Of a DNA stretch of 64,000 bases, positions 25,102 through 37,039 are shown piece after piece (within the stretch, counting starts at the first letter, position 1; every line of letters begins with the position of its first letter). The stretch is from Sphagnum compactum (Eukaryota), in NCBI GenBank assembly GCA_965153455.1, contig OZ234493.1, positions 20,698,213 to 20,762,212 of the forward strand. Direction: 5' to 3'. The translations under genes and the position numbers were made by a program. The notes below the pieces were generated by a model. The model did no database searches, was not told the origin of the DNA, and saw only the letters and a list, made by a program, of their open reading frames with translations.

Positions 25102-25541
25102 CTAGTGTGAACCCGGTGCATAATGCACCCGTCAAGCTTCCCCCCACCCGGGTGGGTATTAGAGATATCCACAAATTCACCATCTTTGGGCCTCCTTTCG
25201 CCCCCTAACCCCTCTTTTAGTGGTATCCATAAAGTAAGGAAATTTTATTAAATCTCAATATGGAATGCTGAAACTCAATACGAAATGCTGAATCTCAGCA
25301 TTTAATGCACAAGTTTCGAGAGGTTTATAGCAGCTAGACAGGTAGGAGCAGTGAAAATCTATGTAGTAGTAGTGGAGTGGCTCAGGAAAAAATAAAGACA
25401 GGGTGAAACTCATAAAATCGCCCGTGCTGGCCCCCCCCCCGCCCCGTCACCTGTCACCCGCTCCTTCACCAGGCATCTCCCTCCCCCACCCCCCAAAACC
25501 TCCGTCACAGACACAGAGTCTTACTGAATTAATATATATGA
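25102..25541 (-). mobile_element. Non-autonomous Helitron, copy 3, opposite orientation, with a different interior
   Basis: On the minus strand: 5' A|TCATATATATTAATTCA at 25541, and hairpin GGTGCATTATGCACC plus CTAG|T ending at 25102. Confidence 0.85.
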
Positions 25542-27099
25542 TTCTTCTATGTCAAGTAGTGACCACCAAGTTGCATGCTAACATTTGGATTAGTTTGAAA
25601 ATTTGGTGTGACGATCAAATTAATTCCAATTTTGTGGATTTATTGATGGTGCATGATCCCATATATTCTTCGTAGCAGGTTGCCATTTGAGAATTTTCAA
25701 GATTGAAGATTCAAGTCTCATACAACAGCCTTTTTGGCATGTTGCCACCAAGTCTCCTTGCAAGTCACAAATGCCTAAGGTAATCCGGATTTGTGTGATG
25801 TGGCCAACAAATGTGACGCCAATGACAAGAAACAAACAACAAGGTGAATGGAGTGATGGTGTCAACAAAGGCATTGCAAGAGGTCGTGGTGTTGAAAGCC
25901 AAGGAGACCTAAAACATCAGCTATCGTTGTATCAGTTGCTAAAGTAGTTCTTGAAGTTGAAAGTTGAACTAGAGCATCCTTGAGGGCTTTTAATGAATGA
26001 CAAAAGGAAATATGCTAAACATAATTTAGGGGAAGGGAAGGAAATGAGAATGGAAATTTCTTCTTGGAAAACCAAACCCAATATACACAAAAAATCCTAC
26101 CTAATTTATTGTAACAATTGATAGATTCTTGTTACTACCATTGTTGCATTTACATAAACATGCTCTAATTTTTTTTCACATGGACACAATCCAATCAATT
26201 GTGTCTTGCATATGGCAAAAGTTCTAAAAACAAGCAAGAAATCATCACACACCCGAAGAGAAATTCTCATTCCCATCACATTCATCAAATAAGAAACTTT
26301 CCACCACTAGTGTGAGATCTCGAGACTTCATGCATTATATAAACCGAGTGCAACAAACATCCTCCAAATCTTGCACAAATGAGTTGTTTTTGTCGTTAGC
26401 CCAAAGTTTACGGAACCCTTTCAAGTATTTCCCTCTTTCATGACTACGCACAACCTTTTGTGTTTGTTTTTTTTTTTTTTTTTTCATTATGCTTTCATGA
26501 CAAGTTTACATATTGAGCAACACAACATGTTTTGCAACAAAGTTGTTGCTTTACATTAGACACTGCAAATCGGTGTGGATGATCTAGACATACCAATTTG
26601 TGGGAAAAAATCAAATTTCAACAATAATATTTTTTTTTATAAAACAAGCTTAATCAATCTCTTAACGTGACAATAATAATTTATTAGGTGGAAATGTTCA
26701 ACATCAACCCAAAAAAATAAAGTTATAACATTAGCGTGATCAAAATAACTTTTTGCTTATAAGTTGGAATTTGTGAAAAGCAAAAGTACTTCATCAAAAT
26801 ACACCTCATAAATTTTACATTTTGAACTCCTACCTTATGCACAACAAAACTGACCCAAATCATATACATTTATGCAATTTAATTTGGTTAGAATTTTTTT
26901 TAAAATATTACCATCGAGTATTTTAAATAAAAATGTAAAAATTTCATTCATCCAATGTTTTTTGAATTAAACTTGATAAAAAAACTAATTGAAAAATTGC
27001 CGTGAAATTTTTTGATTACACAATCAAATAATTTGCACCAAAAACATTGATTTTTAATCCAAAAAAAAGTAAAATGACTTATAACATTACTTTAATTTT

Positions 27100-27292
27100 A
27101 AAAATGTGTGGGAATTTAAATGTTTAGTTAAATCCACATGGTTTGTTTCGAATGTGTGAATTTAAACCTAAAAAATGTGAAGCTAGACCTAAAATTCGAG
27201 TCAAGTGGTTTGGCCTAAAAATGTGAATCAAAATTTCAAACTTAAGTTGAATGGTTTGTTTCAAAAGTGTGAATTCATACCTAAAATTTAAT
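27100..27292. repeat. ~45-bp minisatellite, left part
   Basis: Units of TGGTTTG...AAA(A/G)TGTGAAT..A.ACCTAAAA; same family as 46645-47230. Confidence 0.7.
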
Positions 27293-28387
27293 GATGCACC
27301 CTTAAGTTTTTCTCAAGTTATTGGGAGTAAATTTTCAAAGTGAAAAACAAAAAGAAGGGAGAAAAAATGAGAATGTGGGGATACATCGTTAAAAGGAAAA
27401 ATTTATCAAAGTAAAATCGATAGTATTTATAATATGAGTAGTTGTAGGTTTGAAGTTATAATTCAAATTATTGTATAGTCATGTAATTTATTCATCGATC
27501 ATGTTGATTATTGGTTAGTTTATTGGGTGAATTTACTATTTATTATTTTTGAACAAAAACATTTACATAGTTTTTACAAAGTCATAAACATAAGAGGAAA
27601 ATTGAGACATTCATGTGTTTTGAATTCAAATATATTCAACTCAATTTTGAGAAGTGCAATTTCATTTTCAATTTCTATTTCTTGCATATACATTTGTGTT
27701 TTGTAGAATATGTTTGTTTTGATTACAAATTATAGAAGTTAATCACATATTAGTTTTTTAAAACTTTCATTATGTGTTTAAATTAAGGTCTAAAGGTTTT
27801 GAAGAAAGAAACATATTCCCTTTTCCATTTGGCAACCATCCCATGGAACAATTTTGATTAGTTTTTGGCTTGTGAACATTGATATAATTATTTGAAGGTT
27901 TAGTTTTTTTTTTATAAGACTAGAGGTATAATTTTGGAAGGTTTTGTCTATGTTGTAGAATTGAAATTTTGAATGGAATAGTGATATGCATTTGGTTTAA
28001 CCTATAATTAAATTTAATTCTAACTAGTGGAAGGTCTAGAATTTTAAAGTATACTAATTCTTTTTTTTAAATTTGGTAGTTAAGATCAATTTTTTAGAAT
28101 TATAACAAAATATGTACAAAAGGCAATACATGAAAGAACAAATCAAAAATAGGAGTGAAAAAATAATGCATTGCAAGTGATATTTTTTGAAAGGTTTACC
28201 AAAACAATTAGCACTAGTCTCATATATATAATATCGTTGGTTTTGTCCTCTTGCGGTGGTGTCCGGTCGTCCTTTCCATCCATCCGTCTCGTCTTCCATC
28301 CATCTAAGTTCTTCATCCCGAAAGAAGAAGATGATGGAAGAGGAGGAGGACAGATGGCAGCAACATGCAGCTCAGCTTTGCATGGTT

Positions 28388-28699
28388 GTCCTCTTGCGGT
28401 GGTGTCCATGCCGTCCCGTCTTCCTCCATTGTTGTGGAAAGTGGGGGATGCCAGGAAGAAGAAGAAGACTGTCCTCTTGCGGTGCCGTCCCGTCTTCCTC
28501 CATTGTTGTGGAAAGTGGGGGATGCCAGGAAGAAGAAGAAGACTGTCCTCTTGCGGTGCCGTCCCGTCTTCCTCCATTGTTGTGGAAAGTGGGGGATGCC
28601 ATGAAGAAGAAGAAGACTGTCCTCTTGCGGTGGTGTCCGGCCGTCCCGTCTTCCTCCATTGTTGTGGAAAGTGGGGGATGCCAGGAAGAAGAAGAAGAC
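28388..28699 (+). repeat. 74-bp tandem repeat x4 inside the Helitron 5' region
   Basis: Units start at 28388, 28471, 28545 and 28619 with GTCCTCTTGCGGTG, the same motif as the Helitron subterminal sequence at ~28245, and end GAAGAAGAAGAAGAC. Confidence 0.9.
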
Positions 28700-28727
28700 A
28701 AAGAAAAACAAGAAGAAGAAGAAGATG

Positions 28728-30520
28728 GATTGATGTGGGTTTTGGTTTTGTGCAGACGAATCGCCAGTGGAACAAGTGAGACAAACGGTTCCCAATACGG
28801 ATGATCCCAGTCTGCCGGTATGGACATTCTGGATGTGCACAATAGGCTTACTATTTTGTTTTTAGAAGGCAATTCTTGCTTGGAATTCCTGGAAGATGCC
28901 ATTAGAGAATTTGGAAATTCTTTCTCAACATGCTTTGCGTGTACTTTATGAAAGGTTTGAAGTTCTGAGGCTTTTGTCAGGATTTCAGTGTGAGGATTTT
29001 CCAGTGTTTCCAAACAACTTCATCACAAAGGTGGGTCATTTCATAATCACTTTTTTTTTAAAATTGAAAGAAAATTTCAATTCGAGTTTTTTGTTAACAA
29101 AATTTCTATTTAGGCCTAAGGATTAGAATCTTTTTATTATTTTGACTTAGGATTTTTAAAAATTGCCATTTTGGCTTGGGTTAGAATCTTTTTATTGTTT
29201 TGACTTAAGATTAACAAAAATTTAGCACTGAGGCTTACAATTAGGTTTAAAATTGGGCATTCTAAAAGATTCCTGAAAAACATTTCTCAAAATGCTTGAA
29301 AAATATTCATTAGTTTGAGAATCTTTATTCTGCCCAATATATTTTGGGTAGCTTATATAGGTTGATTTTTTTTCATTTTTGCTGAAGAATTTGGGAAATC
29401 AACAAATCCTATGCTCAGAAATATTCATGAGATTTTTTTTCTAAGATGCTTGAAAAAATTTCAGGCAATTTTGGAAATTTTAGCTTGCTTTGGAAAGTTA
29501 TAAATGCTGATTTTTATCGTTTCTGCCCAAAATATATTGGGCACTGGATGCTTGAAATTTATTGGCATTTTGGGAATTCTCATTTTGCTCAATAATAACC
29601 GGCACCTTATAAATGTTGAAGATTGATGTGGGTTTTAGTTTTGTGCAATACGGGGGAGGGACTGGAGGGACTGAAAGCATTGGAACAGGGTGGGAACGTG
29701 GACGAGTCGCCAATGGAACAAGTGAGACGAACGGTTCCCAATACGGATGATCCGAGTCTGCCGGTATGGACATTCCGGATGTGCACAATAGGCTTGTTAT
29801 TTTGTTTCTAGAAGGCAATTCTTGCTTGGAATTCCTGGAAGATGCCATTAGAGAACTTGGAAATTCTTTCTCAACATGTTTTGCGTGTACTTTATGAAAG
29901 GTTTGAAGTTCTAAGGCTTTTGTCAGGATTTCAGTGTGAGGATTTTCCAGTGTTTCCAAACAACTTCATCACAAAGGTGGGTCATTTCATAATCATTTTT
30001 TTTTAATTTAAAGAAAATTTCAATTCGAGTTTTTTGTTAACAAAATTTCAAAGTTTTTTTTCCTCTGGCGGATTGATGTGGGTTTTGGTTTTGTGCAGTC
30101 CTGGGGAGGGACTGGAGGGACTGAAAGCATTGGAACAGGGTGGGAACGTGGACGAGTCGCCAGTGGAACAAGTGAGACGAACAGTTCCCAATACGGATGA
30201 TCCCAGTCTGCCAGTATGGACATTCTGGATGTGGACAATAGGCTTGCTATTTTGTTTCTAGAAGGCAATTCTTGCTTGGAATTCCTGGAAGATGCCATTA
30301 GAGAACTTGGAAATTCTTTCTCAACATGTTTTGCGTGTACTTTATGAAAGGTTTGAAGTTCTGAGGCTTTTGTCAGGATTTCAGTGTGAGGATTTTCCAG
30401 TGTTTCCAAACAACTTCATCACAAAGGTGGGTCATTTCATAATCATTTTTTTTTAATTTAAAGAAAATTTCAATTCGAGTTTTTTGTTAACAAAAATTCA
30501 AAGTTTTTTTTCCTCTGGCG
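28728..30520 (+). pseudogene. Three tandem copies (28728-~29105, 29621-30070, 30071-30520) of a captured oligopeptide transporter (OPT) N-terminal fragment fused to an unidentified 165-nt exon
   Basis: VDESP(V/M)EQVRRTVPNTDDPSLPVWTF(R/W)M is the SPxxEVRxxVxxxDDP signature of OPT-family transporters. It is truncated after ~37 codons and followed by ag|AAGGCA...ACAAAG|gt. Confidence 0.85.
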
Positions 30521-30803
30521 AAATTGGTTTTCAGAATCATATACAATTTCTTACTCTCTGCATTTTAGTCTTGGCAGGGGTTCTGTGGCCAAAAGAACCA
30601 AGCCCAATAAGTGTGATGCACTTGCACTCATATGAAATCTCTTGCCACTTGCAGAGCTTGACAAACATATGGTTTTGGTGTGCTGCAGCAATCAAAGAAG
30701 TATCGAATGCCAGCTGTTGAGAAATTGCAAGCTGAGGTATATGAGTTAGTGGCAAAGGCAGTGAAAGAACGTCTTGGGTTGGCAGTAACAGCTGAGGATG
30801 TGT

Positions 30804-30941
30804 CACAAAGAGACTTGATGAGGCACCTGCTGCAGCCCCAGATGCAAGGTTTCCAGCAAACCACATCCAGCAACCATCCCTGTCCTTTTTGTAACCAAAC
30901 AGAGCTTTGAAGTAGTCCTTAAATGTAAAGTTCAATGCCTG
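30804..30941 (-). pseudogene. Captured fragment of a mitochondrial ADP/ATP carrier (AAC/ANT)
   Basis: [46 protein letters not shown] matches the conserved AAC segment QALNFAFKDYFK...[24 protein letters not shown]. Homology stops abruptly on both sides. Confidence 0.9.
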
Positions 30942-33900
30942 TTTTGTAGACAATGGAGAATCATTAGGGCTGATGACAAGGACCTTAAGATATTTACAAC
31001 AACTCACCATACTGGCGGCTTCCAAATGCTCCATCAAATTCTCTATATATTTAAAATTGACTGAAGCACGCAGAACAACACATTGTATGCAGACATCACA
31101 AACCACTTGGCATATGCAACTTTGGCACAGCACAATGTTCATGTGAAAAGTTACTATGTGCATCCATAGAAGGCCAGAAAATGGTTCATTACTAGACTTC
31201 TCTATCTGTGAATCATTCAGAATGTGGCAGAATTATTTTCATTACAAAACATATTAGAAAAACTATAATCTTTTTGAAAAAGAAAATAAAAAGAAAATAA
31301 ATAAATAAATAAATGCATAATTTTAAAAAAAAATGAAGATAGACAAAATAAGAATAGGAAAAATTAAAGCATGAAACAAACATAAACAAAAAAAAGTAAA
31401 AACTCAAAAACTAGAAAAAAGGAATGGAAACAAATGAAACAAGGAAAGGGAAATACAATAAAAAAATTTTAAAAGAAAAAAATTTACAAAAATGAAGAAA
31501 CCAAATCAAGAGTAAAAAATAAGAAAAAATAAAACTTATAATAATGAAGAAAAACCCTGCTTGAAAAAGAATGAGGTGTGTCTTCTTTCTCCAAACTTCA
31601 AACTTGCATCCAAATAAACAAAAATATAAAAGTGAAAAAGAAACACTTTATTTTTATTATACAAAATAATAATAAAAACACAAAACACAAACAAATAAAA
31701 AAAATAAAAAATAAAAGTTTCTAGAAAAAACTAAAACATGAACCAAGTTTAAAGAAACCGGGGGACTTCACAGTGCCCGAAGGTCACTGTCCGTCCGGTC
31801 GTCCTCCTTGGGTTGTATGTTGGGGGGGCTTTAGTGGGTATGTGTAATTTGGGGGAGGGATGATATATCATAGGCTGTGATTGGGTTCAGCAAGTAACTA
31901 TCGAATAATCAATATATTTATTTTTAAGGATTTAGTTTTCACACATGTTCATGAGTTTTTTTTTTAATTTTTTATATTGCAAGTATGACAAGGTTTGTTG
32001 AAATTTTCAGAAAATTATTTGAACTTAGACGTGCAAATTACACCTTTTTTCAAAAATAAACATTTTGAATTATGTTGTTTTGTTATGTATAAAGTTCGTA
32101 ATATTGTTAATAGAAGAGAAAGTGATGTCATGCGTCACAGTGTCCGAAGGTCACGGGTACCCACTAGTCAACCATAATAGGGGATTAGTGTTGTATTGAA
32201 AGGACAAATTGAAAATGTAGACATAATTGTTGATCAAAGGATGTTGATCGATGCATAAACTTGATCTAAAGGTGTTAGAAGAACACCAAACCAGTGTGTA
32301 AATTATTTTGTAATAGAAGGCGTGATTGGGAGATGATTAGAATTTCAAGAAGAAGGTGATGTGGTTGGACTGTTGATAGATCCACAACAAATGTTCAAGT
32401 ATAAATTGGAGGAATTTTGACTATTTAGTATGATCTAGGTCTAGAAAATTTTCATAGAGGTATTTGTGCACAACTTGTGAATCAATAGGGCATAGAAGAG
32501 CACCAAATTGCATACAAACATGTGCAAGTGCATGAAGATTTAAAACATTTGTCAAATGTTACCACAATCAATGTTGTTAGTAGTAATTAAAATCAATTTG
32601 AACCAAACAAATAATTGACAAATGTAAAAATTGTTCTTAATTTAATGGTGATTATACAAATGAATAATTCAATCATCAAATTTGTTGTATGAAAATCATA
32701 GTCTTAAAGACTATATGTATATCCCCAAAAGATTAAGACATTCAATGATTAAGGAGGTATGGGAGTTTGTTTTATAAAAATCAAACACATAGGCAAATTT
32801 ACATCAACAACCATTATCAAGCCTGATACGATGAATAACCGATTTTCCCATTACCTATCTAACATGTGTAATTTGGATAAAAAAATGTAAACACTTACTG
32901 ATTTCAATAGAAGAACAAATGACCTTGGTTGTGGTACCACCATATTGGTATGGGTTCAACCTATACACATATCTAGTTGGGACATTAATGATGTCAATGA
33001 ATACAAATCTTGTACCAACACAAGCAATATGGTATTTTACATAATACCCATATGTGAGTCAAACAATGCCACATGTGCATTTTTTAGTTACTTATGTTCT
33101 AGTTATTGTACTTGTACTTGTGATAAATCAACCATTAATCAATATTGTATGCATAATGGCATCACCCTAGGATGAAAAGGTGATGGAGGTAGTAGTTTGC
33201 CTAATTTGCCATTGTTGATTTTCAAACCTAAAGTAAATTGAAGAGTTGTACCTTTTAACAGACCAAGTGGACCACCTAGTCGGCTAAAAGCAAACCTAAA
33301 ATGAGGACCATTTTTTTCATCATGGTATCCATTTGTATTTTTTGACCATCAAATTTAATTGGACCAATCACGCCTCCTACACATTAGCAACTACAATATC
33401 CAAACTATGTCAAATATACAAATCTTGATGCTCATATCCAAATAATAAAAAATGAAATCAAAGCTAATGGTGATATAATTAATGAAGGTATTAATAATTT
33501 GTTAGTTTTATGCTCATGGATAATATCTTTGAGCATGGTTTAAATTTTATACAATGTCATCTTAATTGTATATTTGCAAAATTGGAGCAAACACTTTATA
33601 ATAAATAAAAAATAGAGAAAAATGATAAACATATTTACATTAAACTTCATAATATCAGACAAGAAGATCATGAATGGGTGGAAGTTTATTATGAAAGAAT
33701 TTTGAAATGCATGGCTAATTGTTTACATATCAAGGTTATCAATACTTATTTAACAATTGTCTTTAGAATAGGACTTCATCCATACATTCAACTGTCAGCA
33801 ACATGAATGAAACATGATACTCCAATTGAACACAAAGAAATCCTTGTCATCTATGAAGAAAGTGGACCTAAAGTACATAAAACATTATTTTCAACAAGTA

Positions 33901-36900
33901 AATATGAATGGAGGAAAACCAATAATTGTTGCTATTCTAATATGTGCAAATTGGTATTACACAAATTGTAACATGAAAGTTCACCATACTGAACATTGCC
34001 AAACTAAAAAAAAACTAATGGATGTTGTAATCACAGTCATAAGTGTTGTTGCTCAACTTGCAAATTTGATCAAACCACCAATTAAATTTCCTTGTTTACT
34101 ATGCAACTTGATGGACCACCAATCCATCAATTGTCCAAGAAATCAAAAGTACAAGCAATGTCATGAAACAAAAGTAAATTGTCCATAATTCCAAATTACT
34201 AAAAATTTAACAATACATGAATATGTTGAATCCAAGTTGGGCAACATTGCTTAATACCAATTTAAAGGTCAAATAACCAGATTTTCATATTTTATATTAA
34301 TACCAATTGATGATCCCAAAATTAAATCAATAAAAAATATTTTGCAAGATATTATTCAATGAGTTTTTGATACTAATGGTGAAAGCATGGTGCAATGGAC
34401 CAAAATCAGCACATGAAAAGTCCACACAAAGTCCACAATTTTTTCAATCCCTTTGTTAACCCTTTCACAATTCCAACATTTGTATTATACTCATTTTTGA
34501 AAGTTTATAACTTTCTTTAAAATGTTTCAATCACCTTGGTCTATAACTTATTTTCTTCCTATATAAGTCCCACTAGAATGATTAATATTAATGTGATTTT
34601 TTTTACATTTCATTTATTGAATTTTTATTCCAATCATAATTATGTATGAATAGGAAAATTGTTAGATGTTCATCATGCCTTGGGCCTTATTGAATGTGAT
34701 GATTGGTTTCACAACATTCTTCATATTTATAAGATAAACATATTGTTCTTAGATAGTTATTTTCCAACTCTTTAATTTTATGTCCATTATGGACTTTTAG
34801 AAATATGTTAATTTAGAACGCACATGAAAATAAAATAAAATATTTTTTTCTTGAATTTCAGTTTTCAAATGTCATATATAATATGTTTGAACAACTTGTG
34901 TGATTGAAATTTAGGAAATCATTTTTTTTCAATGAAAACAAAGTCCACATAATTTGTTACCAAACACATCTATTGCTTTACAAGTACAAAAACACAATGC
35001 AACCAATTATGATTGCAAATATGTTTTGTTCATCTCACTACATATATATACTACCATACATATTTGAGTCCAAACCATAAAACATTCAATGCAATTATCA
35101 TGTAGCTTTTTATTAAATTTCATCACTTCATAAAACTTTGTTTGTGACATCCATTTTGGTTTAGTGTGTCGTGTTTTCACCCTCAAGTAAAAGTTAACTT
35201 TGGTCAATTACTTAAAATTTCACTTAACATGAACAAAAATTTGACCTCAAACTCAAAGCTAATAAACCTTTGATAGTTAAACAATTGTTTGAATTAGTTG
35301 TAGCTTATATAGCCATAGATCATCATATGGTAGTCATTGAGGTTCAAATTGATAGAAACTTTGTAGGGGATGTTTTACTTGATGGAAATTTTGGAACAAA
35401 CATTATTACAAAGAAGTTGAAGGTGAATATAGAATTGCCTAAACCTCGACTTGCACCCTACAACCCACAAATGGCCAATCAAACAACCAGTAAGCCTTTA
35501 AGGTTAATTTGAGATGTATGAGTATTTATTCATGATATTCCATACAATGTCACTTTCATTGTTATGCATAATATTGTATTAGATTCTACCTATTCTATGT
35601 TATTAAGTAGACATGATTGGGGTAATAACATCCTAACTATCCAAGGGAATGGTACTATCAAAATATTAAATGTTATTAAATGTTTTAGTAGTAAAACCAA
35701 AAGACCACAGGTTATTTTGTGTTATGATTTATAAGACTAAATTACATGTGAGGAAGAAAATATCATTGTGGTTATAAAGCCAAAATCGTTATCATTCAAT
35801 ACCATAGTCTTACCCGATGTTCCTTTTTTAGAAAGTAGTCATGAAATTATGAATTATGCAAAAACGACTTATTGATATTGATAATATAATCTTGAAATGC
35901 TTAATTAACTACTCATTAATAAATTGGTGGTCCATATTTAACTCTAAAAAACATAACAACTTGCATGAAAGCCCCTTGATCAATGACAAAAAAATTGTTG
36001 TACCAACCTTCTTATGTTATTGATATTTGATAATGTCAAGAAAAATCATCAAAAAATCTTTCAACACTGTTAAAGACTTCACTTGTGAAAAGTAAAAAAT
36101 TCATATCCATTTTAATCACAACATTGAACTTACAAAAATCAACACAAATTTGTAACTTGTCATTTTTCTTTAAAACTACTATAATGGGTGACAACAATGC
36201 AGCTTTTTCCACATGTTCAACAAAATCTTGTGATTAACAATTTGTCAATATCTTGTTTTATAATAGCAGCATAGTTTAAATCCAACCCATATATGGCCTA
36301 ATGAGCCAATGGAATTGACATGTCAAGGTTTATGTGGTGTTAAATGATCTATGGTCGAATACCTTGCAAATATAGGTTTAAGCAAATATATCTTTTAAAT
36401 CTTGCAATATTAATGTAAATGTTTGAGATTGTTCAAGTTTCAATGCTAAATTGATCCTCATATATTATGGGTTCTCCAAAATTCCCAATTTGACTTTGAT
36501 CAACTATTCTTCTTTGATGAATGTTTAACTAACAATTTGTAATTGATATATTCATACTTTGGCCAATGTTTCATCAATTAACATTTTAGGGTAAAACATA
36601 AGCAATTACTCTATTAGTTTTGAAAGATTTCAAATTGTGCTATTAAACTATTGATTTAGTTTACAAGATTTTTTTCAATGATTTCATTATGTTTAACAAT
36701 GTAAATATTCAATAGGAAAAATGATGATTTTATTTTTTGAAGTGTCAAAAGTTTTACATTAATTTAAATATAAAAACTTACATTTTATGATTTTTTTTGG
36801 ATTAATTAATCTTGAGATTTATTATTTCAAAGGATGCTAAATTTCTTGATATGAGGAAAATGCAAATTATCATCAGCATTCTCATACCCTTTTATTTTTG

Positions 36901-37039
36901 CACAAATGCATCCATTAGTCCAAAAATGATGTGCAATTCATTAACCTATATCATTATGGGACCTTAAAAGTGAAATAAGTTCATCACAACTTAATCATTT
37001 CACCTTGCTTAAAGTTATGTTATTATAGGGTCACGGTGT

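Larger units (their letters stand above)
28218..32167 (+). mobile_element. Non-autonomous Helitron carrying captured host-gene fragments
   Basis: 5' TCTCATATATATAAT, like the small Helitrons at 24-25 kb. 3' GTGTCCGAAGGTCAC hairpin then CCACTAG|T at 32167. Interior is a mosaic of unrelated exon fragments with no Rep/helicase coding. Confidence 0.75.

Noticed and set aside
28388-28699. Regularly spaced repeats resembling a CRISPR array
   Set aside because: Units are contiguous tandem copies with no unique spacers, there are no cas genes, and the context is eukaryotic.
28143-29013. Overlapping 175-213 aa ORFs on both strands
   Set aside because: By-products of a stop-poor 74-bp tandem repeat and captured fragments; no coherent protein family.
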